A stretch of 32,000 nucleotides of DNA from Corynebacterium amycolatum (lineage in GTDB: Bacteria; Actinomycetota; Actinomycetes; Mycobacteriales; Mycobacteriaceae), in NCBI RefSeq assembly GCF_049243625.1, contig NZ_CP046975.1. One strand, written 5' to 3'. The position numbers and the translations under genes were made by a program. Shown piece by piece: positions 24,101-30,685 of the stretch. Every line of letters begins with the position of its first letter. Position 1 is the stretch's first letter. Below the pieces are notes generated by a model. That model worked only from the letters and a program-made list of their open reading frames with translations. It made no database searches and was not told the DNA's origin.

Positions 24101-24302
24101 TTGTCGCGTGCTCTGCGGAGCTGCTTGCTTGGGCGGTAATAGTTGCCGGGGCAGAAAGCACGGAATCTAAAGAATTCAATGTTGCCGATACGCCGCCGGA
24201 CGCAAACTCAGAAGCCAATGTCTGGTCTGGTGGTGCGGTCGCCGACGGCGGACTGGCTGTAAAGGAGCTGGCTGATGCCAGAGCTGCTGCCAGGTGCGTC
24301 AC
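21153..24302 (-). CDS. mrpA: Fused Na+(K+)/H+ antiporter subunit A/B (MrpA-MrpB, NuoL-like)
   Basis: 1049-aa polytopic protein with NuoL-like core motifs ([46 protein letters not shown]). The C-terminal MrpB-like part is fused, as in group-2 six-gene mrp operons. GTG start 24302 is uncertain: the first ~85 aa are an Ala/Ser/Thr/Gln-rich non-membrane extension. Confidence 0.9.
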   Translation of the reverse strand: [1049 protein letters not shown]

Positions 24303-24497
24303 TTGGGGGCTACTTTCACATTGCTGTTAAAAAAAGTTCGTACTTCTACAGACTAACAGCCACGAAATTGCTCTACGCGGGGTGAAAGGGGCATTTGGGG
24401 GAGTGGGGTAAGGCTCTGTGGACCCGGTAGCGAAAAAATAGTGGAACGATTGATGAACGGTGCGTCGGCGGGTGGGCATCTTCGCTACTTACGCCCA

Positions 24498-24568
24498 ATC
24501 CGAGTTACTGACTGCGTTTATGTCAGGTGGCGTTGAGTCGATCCGAGTTACTGATTGCGTTTATGTCA
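24498..24568. repeat. Two 28-bp direct repeats (27/28 identical) 43 bp apart, upstream of mrpA
   Basis: atccgagttactgaCtgcgtttatgtca (24498..24525) and atccgagttactgaTtgcgtttatgtca (24541..24568). Copy 1 contains the inverted repeat CTGAC-N9-GTCAG. Confidence 0.9.
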
Positions 24569-24770
24569 AAAATGGCCCGAAAAATGGCCTGAAAGTGTCA
24601 TAAACTCACACAGTTTCACATTTGCAGCCTCGGAGTTTTCGGGCTGTCAGTTTTCCCACGTAATCCCGGGCTGTGGTGTTGCCGCAGTGGGGGCTGACCA
24701 GTCACTACCTTGAGAACCAGGCACGCTTTTTGTCTAGCGTCCCTGAATGGCAGCGAAAAGTGGCCAATAA

Positions 24771-24816
24771 CAAAACCCTCCCTCACTTGGATAATTCCAG
24801 GTGAGAGAGGGTTTTT
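24771..24816 (-). terminator. Intrinsic terminator downstream of tRNA-Pro
   Basis: ccctccctcac (24776..24786) / gtgagagaggg (24801..24811), an 11-bp stem with one G-U. T-tracts on both strands (TTTTG on minus, ttttt on plus). Confidence 0.75.
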
Positions 24817-24819
24817 ACT

Positions 24820-24896
<77 letters not shown>

Positions 24897-25032
24897 AGGC
24901 CACAGACACGAACTGGGAACATATGTCTCAGTGCTGTGCTTGCGAGGACTTACTTTAGCCCGACGCTGAGCCAGAATGCAAAACGCCTGCTTAACAGGCT
25001 GCGGGGCCAAGTCGCGGTCTCTGTCGCACCCG

Positions 25033-25108
25033 ACGAACTACGGACTACGGACTACGAACTACGAACCGGACCCGTACGAACTACGAACTACGAACTGGAA
25101 ACTACGAA
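25033..25108. repeat. Heptanucleotide tandem repeat (ACTACGR)n in two blocks
   Basis: gaactac ggactac ggactac gaactac gaaccgg acccgtac gaactac gaactac gaactgg aaactac gaatc. The right end overlaps the last two codons and the stop of the metallophosphoesterase gene. Confidence 0.9.
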
Positions 25109-26037
25109 TCCCGCTCCACAATCTCAATCAAGGTCGCGGATGGGCGGCAGAACAGGCGCACCGGGGCGTAGGGGGAAGTGCCAAGGCCATTGGAGACGTG
25201 CAGCCACGTCTTCTCGGTCCAGCGCGACAATCCCGAGGCCCGCGAGCGGTCGATACCGCAGTTGGTCACAATGGCCTTCCCTCCGGGCAGGCACACCTGG
25301 CCACCGTGGGTATGACCAGAAAGCACCAGGTCGTAGCCATCGTCCGCAAAAGCATCCAACACGTGGGGCTCCGGCGAGTGCGACAGGCCGATAGCGATGT
25401 CGGCATCCGCATTCGGGGCACCGGCGATCTGCGAATAATCCTCCAACTCGTGATGAGGGTCATCCACACCGGACAGTGCCACCTTCACTCCGCCCGCGAC
25501 AAACTCCAGCCGGGCATGGGTGGCATCCTGCCAGCCATGCTCGATAAACGCAGCGCGCATACCGCGCCACGGTAGTTCGACACGTGAGGGCTTGCGCTTC
25601 TTGCCCGTCAGGTACTTCAGCGGATTTACGGGCCGCGGCGCGAAGTAGTCATTGGTGCCAAACACGAAGGCGCCCGGACGGTTCAGTAGGGGGCCGAGCG
25701 CTGCGAGGACACTGGGAACGGCCTTGTCGCTGCCCAGGTTGTCGCCGGTATTAATCACCAGGTCAGGGTTCAGAGCATCGAGGCTGGCAACCCACTTCTG
25801 CTTCAACTTCTGGTCGGGGAGCATGTGGAAGTCGGAGACATGCAGAATCCGGAAAGACTCGCCCTCGCGCTTTCCCGCCCGGGCGAGCGTGCCGGGTGCC
25901 AGCACGGGAACTTGAACGCGGTGGAGTTTAAATGCGCGCAATTCGATTTGGTTCGCGTAGATGAACGTCGTCAAGCCGAGCGTGGCGATAGCTGCGGCAG
26001 ACCGCAGAATTCGGTTGGAAAAAGCGCGCGATGTCAT
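25102..26037 (-). CDS. Membrane-anchored calcineurin-like metallophosphoesterase (Rv3683-like)
   Basis: N-terminal TM, then metallophosphoesterase motifs ILHVSDFHM, NTGDNLG, GTNDY, SGHTHGGQ. It occupies the Rv3683 position in the ponA2/whiB4 (Rv3682/Rv3681c) gene neighbourhood of M. tuberculosis, here separated from the PBP gene by the GatB/YqeY gene. Confidence 0.9.
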   Translation of the reverse strand: MTSRAFSNRILRSAAAIATLGLTTFIYANQIELRAFKLHRVQVPVLAPGTLARAGKREGESFRILHVSDFHMLPDQKLKQKWVASLDALNPDLVINTGDNLGSDKAVPSVLAALGPLLNRPGAFVFGTNDYFAPRPVNPLKYLTGKKRKPSRVELPWRGMRAAFIEHGWQDATHARLEFVAGGVKVALSGVDDPHHELEDYSQIAGAPNADADIAIGLSHSPEPHVLDAFADDGYDLVLSGHTHGGQVCLPGGKAIVTNCGIDRSRASGLSRWTEKTWLHVSNGLGTSPYAPVRLFCRPSATLIEIVERDS

Positions 26038-26044
26038 GACAGAG

Positions 26045-26069
26045 ACACTATCAACTACAGCGGTAATCT
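26045..26069. promoter_or_regulatory. Candidate back-to-back -10 elements for two divergent leaderless mRNAs
   Basis: The intergenic gap is only 39 bp. The plus strand has TAATCT (26064..26069) 7 nt before ATG 26077. The minus strand has TAGTGT (26045..26050) 7 nt before ATG 26037. Neither gene has a Shine-Dalgarno. Confidence 0.3.
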
Positions 26070-26076
26070 AGGGCGT

Positions 26077-26538
26077 ATGAGTGAACTGAAGAACACAATT
26101 GTCTCCGATATGACCGCCGCAATGAAGGCCCGCGACAAGGAAACCGTTGCGGCGCTGCGCATGCTGAAGGCCGCCATCCAGACCGAGGAGGTCTCCGGCT
26201 CCAAGCACGAGCTCACCGATGAAGAAGTGCTGCGTGTGATTGAGCGGGAGGTCAAGAAGCGTCGCGAGTCCGCTGAGATGTACGCCGAGAACGGCCGCCA
26301 GGAACTTGCCGACGCCGAGCTCGCCGAAGCAGAGGTTTTCGCCCGCTACCAGCCGGAACAGCTTGACGACGACGCTGTGAAGAACCTCGTCGCAGAATCC
26401 GTGGCCGAGGTTGCTGGCGATGACGCGCCGAGCATGAAGATTATGGGGCAGGTTATGAAGGTGGCAAAGGAAAAGGCCGCTGGCCAGGTCGATGGCAAGC
26501 GGCTCTCCGAGGCCGTTAAGGCTGCCCTGCAGGGCTAG
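26077..26538 (+). CDS. GatB/YqeY domain-containing protein
   Basis: MSELKNTIVSDMTAAMKARDKETVAALRMLKAAIQTEEV ... REVKKRRESAEMYAENGRQELADAELAEAEV ... MGQVMKVAKEKAAGQVDGKRLSEAVKAAL is the typical YqeY pattern. Start set at ATG 26077 within tracked ORF 25825..26538. Confidence 0.88.
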   Translation: MSELKNTIVSDMTAAMKARDKETVAALRMLKAAIQTEEVSGSKHELTDEEVLRVIEREVKKRRESAEMYAENGRQELADAELAEAEVFARYQPEQLDDDAVKNLVAESVAEVAGDDAPSMKIMGQVMKVAKEKAAGQVDGKRLSEAVKAALQG

Positions 26539-26571
26539 CGCGACCTCTCGGGGTTCCTTCAGTGTTTCAGT

Positions 26572-26612
26572 GCCGCGGTGACTTTTAGCAAGTTGCCGCG
26601 GCCATTTTTTTT
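26572..26612 (+). terminator. Intrinsic terminator after the yqeY-like gene
   Basis: Stem gccgcgg (26572..26578) / ccgcggc (26595..26601), followed by a T8 run (26605..26612). Confidence 0.7.
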
Positions 26613-26616
26613 AAAC

Positions 26617-26670
26617 CGGCAGCTTCTAGAACCGTAGCTTCGATAACGGCAGCTTTTAGAACGGCAGCAG
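26617..26670. repeat. 15-bp tandem repeat (about 3.5 copies) spanning the stop codon of the PBP gene
   Basis: gcagcttctagaacc / gtagcttcgataacg / gcagcttttagaacg / gcagcagcgg. In the PBP reading frame this reads LLPF* KLPLS KLRF* KLPV*. Confidence 0.8.
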
Positions 26671-29112
26671 CGGAATCAAATCCCGCAAGCTCGGCGCCGG
26701 TGGAGTGTTCGGGCGAGGGAACTGCGGTAGTGGATCCGGCCGGGGCGTCGTCGACTCCGGTCGCGGCGACGGCGCTGGTGGCGGGGTCGGACGACGGGTG
26801 CCATCGGCCACGCGGATTGTGACGGTGCCACCCTTAAGAAGTAGTGGCGGCTGATCCAGCCCGACCACGATTCCGCGCGACTCACCCGTGCGGGACACCG
26901 TGCGTTCCTCTACCTTGTAGCCAGCCTTCTTAAGGGTCTCCCGAGCCTCGGCCTTCTGCATGCCCACCACATTCGGCATTTGGGTGATAGAGGTGCCCAG
27001 GCCGTAGTCCGAATCCAATGGGGGAAGGTTCTTTCCGCCATAGTCCTCGATAACCGGGCCGACTGCACCAAACCATGTCCGCGCGGGCTCACGACCACCA
27101 AAGAGGTTGCCGCTTGGGCACTGCCGCAGCGGTGACGTGCACAGCTCCGTGACAGTCGGGGTGTCGTTGTAGGCGTACACCGATCCGGCCAGACCGCCGG
27201 TGAAGCCCAGGAATGCCGCGGACTGGTTCGACTCGGTGGTACCGGTCTTAGCCGCGACTGGGCCGTCCCAATTCAGCTCTTTCGCGGCATCCTTCGCAGT
27301 GCCATCGGTGGCATCATTGCTGAGCGCATTAGCGATTGCGTGCGCAACCCCCGGCTCCACCGCCTGCTCGCACGGTGGCACATTCAGCTTGACCGCATTG
27401 CCCTTGGAGTCCGTGATGGACTCAATTGGAGAGGGCTCGCACCAGCGGCCATTGCTGGCCAGGGTGGCAGCGACATTGGACAGCTCAAGGTTATTCACCG
27501 ACGTTGGACCCAGCACGAACGAGCCGAGCTTGTGCTCCGAGACATAGTCCGCCACCGAGGACTCACCATCAAAACTGCCCGGCTCCGTGTATGAGCGCAT
27601 GCCCAGGCGTACTGCCATGTCCATCACGCCATCAACGCCGACCAGCTCCGAAATCTGAATAAAAGGAGTATTCGGTGATCGCGCGAGCGTCTCACGCAGT
27701 GACATCGACGGCGGGAAACTGCCTACGTTCTCCACGCAGTACAGGCCCGGCGGGCAGCCCTCTGCGCCACCGGTGCCCAGCCCGGAGGCCTCATAACGAC
27801 GCGGCACCGGGAAGTGGGTATCAATACCCAGCCCCTTTTCCACCGCCGACGTTGCCGCGAAAATCTTAAAAATCGAGCCCGCGCCATTGCCTACCGGCGT
27901 AAATGGCTGCGGCTGCACGGTCTGCATTTGCTCCGCATCGAGGCCGTATACGCGTGACGACGCCATCGCGAGCAACCTCCTGGAGTCATCCCCAGGCTCA
28001 AGCAAACTCATAACCTCAGCTGCGCCATCCGCAGTCGGTGACGCCTGCTGACGCAGAGACTCCTGCACGCTGTCCTGCACACGCGGGTCCAGTGTGGTCT
28101 TCACATGGAAGCCACCGCGCTTCAGCTTTTCGGCATCAATACCGTGGTTCTCCAGGTAGGAGACCACATAGTCACAGAAGAAACCGCGATCGCCCGCCGC
28201 GATGCAACCCTGCGGCAGGCGCTGAGGCTCCGGAAGAATACCGAGATCAGCCGCCTTGGCGTCCTGAGCCTCCTGCGGGCCAATTGCCCCCGTGGATTCC
28301 ATAGCCGCAAGCACGTCGTTACGCCGTGCATGCGCACCTTCCGGATTTGTATACGGATCGAGCCCGGACGACTGCTGAACCATGCCCGCGAGCAGAGCGG
28401 CCTGCGGGACATTCAGATCGGACGCGGGAATGCCGAAGTAGGTCTGAGCTGCAGCTTCCACGCCGAAAGCGCCATTGCCGAAGGGGACCAAGTTTAAATA
28501 CTTGGTCAGAATCTCGTCTTTCGTCAGCTCATCTTCCAGATCCAACGCGATGCGAATCTCGCGGATCTTGCGGCCATAATCCGTGGCAGTAGCAGCGCGG
28601 CGCTCCGACTCCGACTGCGCGTCCACGAGCAGCGTGTGGTTCTTAATCAACTGCTGCTCAATCGTGGAGGCGCCTTCCTGCACCGACTGAGACATGAAGT
28701 TCTTTACCGCCGCACGAGCAGTACCCTTCCAGTCCACACCAGAGTGCTCATAAAAGCGCCTATCCTCCACGCTGACCAGTGCGTCCTTCATAGCTGGCGA
28801 GATGCGTTCCGACGGCACATTAACCCGCCTCTGATCATAGAGCCACGCAATTGGCTGATCATTACGATCCGTAATAGTGGTGACCCCTGGTGCGTCCTTA
28901 GAAATCACCGACCGCGACGCCGACGCGAATTCATCAGCCGTGCGCGCAACGAGGTAGGCCGAGCCGCCCACAAGAGGAAAGAGGGCGCTGGCCATAATCA
29001 ACGCTGCCAACACAGTGGCAACGGAGAGCTTGAACAGCGTCGAACCTTTATTCACAGCAATCACACTACAAGGTAGGGCGGATTGAGCCGAAGTAGGTTT
29101 TCGAAAATCCAC
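26656..29112 (-). CDS. Class A penicillin-binding protein (transglycosylase/transpeptidase) with C-terminal PASTA domain and Pro-rich tail
   Basis: GT51 motifs EDRRFYEHSGVD and RKIRE. Transpeptidase motifs SIFK (SxxK), SPN (SxN) and KTGTT. PASTA-like MPNVVGMQKAEARETLKKAGYKVEERTV...GGTVTIRV. Divergent from a whiB gene, like M. tuberculosis ponA2/whiB4 and C. glutamicum pbp1a/whcA. The start is uncertain (GTG 29112 or downstream GTGs before the TM). Confidence 0.93.
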   Translation of the reverse strand: MDFRKPTSAQSALPCSVIAVNKGSTLFKLSVATVLAALIMASALFPLVGGSAYLVARTADEFASASRSVISKDAPGVTTITDRNDQPIAWLYDQRRVNVPSERISPAMKDALVSVEDRRFYEHSGVDWKGTARAAVKNFMSQSVQEGASTIEQQLIKNHTLLVDAQSESERRAATATDYGRKIREIRIALDLEDELTKDEILTKYLNLVPFGNGAFGVEAAAQTYFGIPASDLNVPQAALLAGMVQQSSGLDPYTNPEGAHARRNDVLAAMESTGAIGPQEAQDAKAADLGILPEPQRLPQGCIAAGDRGFFCDYVVSYLENHGIDAEKLKRGGFHVKTTLDPRVQDSVQESLRQQASPTADGAAEVMSLLEPGDDSRRLLAMASSRVYGLDAEQMQTVQPQPFTPVGNGAGSIFKIFAATSAVEKGLGIDTHFPVPRRYEASGLGTGGAEGCPPGLYCVENVGSFPPSMSLRETLARSPNTPFIQISELVGVDGVMDMAVRLGMRSYTEPGSFDGESSVADYVSEHKLGSFVLGPTSVNNLELSNVAATLASNGRWCEPSPIESITDSKGNAVKLNVPPCEQAVEPGVAHAIANALSNDATDGTAKDAAKELNWDGPVAAKTGTTESNQSAAFLGFTGGLAGSVYAYNDTPTVTELCTSPLRQCPSGNLFGGREPARTWFGAVGPVIEDYGGKNLPPLDSDYGLGTSITQMPNVVGMQKAEARETLKKAGYKVEERTVSRTGESRGIVVGLDQPPLLLKGGTVTIRVADGTRRPTPPPAPSPRPESTTPRPDPLPQFPRPNTPPAPSLRDLIPLLPF

Positions 29113-29433
29113 CTAGTGACATGCCCGGGGAGTCCAGTAAAACGCCTGGCGAGCGGGGAGGGGCGCTACGAATGCCTTTACAACACCGCGCAACTCGTCG
29201 TGTAGTAGTTTCCGGAAAAAGATTTTCATAGTGACGCAAATCACCCCCGTGCTTTTGTTGGAAAAAGTTGCCCCACCTGCATCGTTATATTTAGAGCTGC
29301 GCCACGTCCACCCTCCTAGTGTGACCCAATCGACATTATTTGGGTGGTGTGAATAGACTTACAACAAAATTTCAGCACTATTTAGTTGAAACTATTTCGA
29401 AATAACGAAAATCGCAGGCACGAGGAGGCTACA

Positions 29434-29796
29434 ATGACCGCCACGATTCCAGATCGCAACCGCACTGCTACTACGCCAGAATACGAGCTCGGTGTAGAGA
29501 GCTTCCGCGATCGCCAGGAGTGGGTCCCGCGCGCTAAGTGTCGCGATATTGACCCGGATAAGTTGTTCGTTCGCGGCGCCGCACAGCGCGAAGCCGCCGT
29601 TATCTGCCGCCACTGCCCAGTGGTTCTGCAGTGCCGTGCCGACGCTCTGGATAACCGCGTCGAGTTCGGCGTCTGGGGTGGTCTGACCGAGCGTCAGCGC
29701 CGCGCAATGCTGCGCGAGCACCCGGAAATTACTTCGTGGGCCGACTTCTACGCTGAGCAGTACGCAGCTCAGCGCAAGGCAAAGCTGGCTAAGTAA
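29434..29796 (+). CDS. whiB4: WhiB-family Fe-S redox-sensing transcriptional regulator (WhiB4/WhcA-like by synteny)
   Basis: Four Cys in a WhiB arrangement (C-x22-C-x2-C-x5-C: KCRDIDPDKLF...AAVICRHCPVVLQCRADAL), the G[VI]WGG turn (FGVWGGLTERQRR) and a basic tail. Start set to ATG 29434 with RBS GAGGAGG; the tracked TTG 29386 is unlikely. The ortholog name rests on divergent adjacency to the PASTA-containing PBP. Confidence 0.88.
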   Translation: MTATIPDRNRTATTPEYELGVESFRDRQEWVPRAKCRDIDPDKLFVRGAAQREAAVICRHCPVVLQCRADALDNRVEFGVWGGLTERQRRAMLREHPEITSWADFYAEQYAAQRKAKLAK

Positions 29797-29826
29797 AAAC
29801 CCAACTTAGACCGAAGTAAAACTGAA

Positions 29827-29849
29827 CCCCCAGCGCGCGAGGCTGGGGG
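29827..29849 (+). terminator. Short GC hairpin after whiB
   Basis: cccccagc (29827..29834) / gctggggg (29842..29849), an 8-bp stem with loop gcgcgag. No U-tract. Confidence 0.4.
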
Positions 29850-29867
29850 ACAGATAAAGTAGCTCCC

Positions 29868-30029
29868 ATGACTACTAAATGGGAATACTTCACCGCACCG
29901 CTGCTCATTCACAACACCAAGGCCATCCTGGACAACTTTGGTGAGGACGGCTGGGAACTCGTCACCGTTCTCCCCGGCCCGACCGGCGAAAACCACGTTG
30001 GTTACTTCAAGCGCCCAAAGGCTGACTAA
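29868..30029 (+). CDS. DUF4177-like mini-protein (53 aa; below the ORF-track size cutoff)
   Basis: I translated it by hand: MTTKWEYFTAPLLIHNTKAILDNFGEDGWELVTVLPGPTGENHVGYFKRPKAD*. The KWEY...GWELV pattern and the position between whiB4 and ridA match Rv3678A-type proteins. Confidence 0.7.
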   Translation: MTTKWEYFTAPLLIHNTKAILDNFGEDGWELVTVLPGPTGENHVGYFKRPKAD

Positions 30030-30073
30030 CTTTATTCGTCCGGCCCTAGTCGCCGTGGAAAGGCTTAACTTAA

Positions 30074-30550
30074 ATGAGTAACTCTGAATCTCGCACTCCT
30101 TCCCAGGCCCTCAGGGACCTGGGGCTTACCCTGCCTGCCGTTGCCGCGCCAGTTGCGGCCTACGTACCCGCAACGCGCACGGGCAACCTTGTTTTCACTT
30201 CCGGTCAGCTCCCATTCGTTAACGGCGAGCTCACCCACGTCGGCCACGTCGGCGCAGAGGTCACTGCTGAGGGGGCTAAGGAGGCCGCCCGCACCTGCGC
30301 CCTTAACGCTTTGGCCGCAGTCGATGCCGAGGTTGGTCTCGACAATGTCACCCGCATCGTGAAGGTCGTCGGCTTCGTCAATTCCGCCGCCGGATTCACT
30401 GGTCAGCCGGGCGTTATCAACGGAGCCTCGGAGCTCTTCGGCGACGTCTTCGGAGAGCGCGGCCAGCACGCTCGCTCGGCAGTGGGTGTAAATCAGCTTC
30501 CGCTGGACGCTCCCGTGGAAGTAGAAATCATCGTTGAAGTAGCTCAGTAG
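30074..30550 (+). CDS. RidA/YjgF/UK114-family protein (Rv3678c-like)
   Basis: LPAVAAPVAAYVPATRTGNLVFTSGQLP ... VVGFVNS ... ARSAVGVNQLPLDAPVEVEIIVEV is the typical RidA-family pattern. Confidence 0.88.
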   Translation: MSNSESRTPSQALRDLGLTLPAVAAPVAAYVPATRTGNLVFTSGQLPFVNGELTHVGHVGAEVTAEGAKEAARTCALNALAAVDAEVGLDNVTRIVKVVGFVNSAAGFTGQPGVINGASELFGDVFGERGQHARSAVGVNQLPLDAPVEVEIIVEVAQ

Positions 30551-30685
30551 CTGCTGTATTTGCTGCTGCAAGCAGCGAGGATGTTGCGTTCTCCGGGGCG
30601 TCGTGAAGCGTGCTTACACCCAAATGAGTCGATTTGGAGGACGTGGCGCGCTCCCCGGATTGCGCAACCACGTAGGATAGAGGAC

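Noticed and set aside
24596-24610. GlxR/CRP-like site TGTCA-taaac-TCACA upstream of mrp
   Set aside because: The spacer is 5 nt rather than 6 and one half-site is mismatched. Too weak to report.
25033-25108. CRISPR array idea for the heptamer repeat, the TCGA array (31698..31873) and the 28-bp repeats (24498..24568)
   Set aside because: The units are far too short (7 and 16 bp) or number only two copies. Spacing is irregular, there are no repeat-spacer-size regularities, and there are no cas genes.
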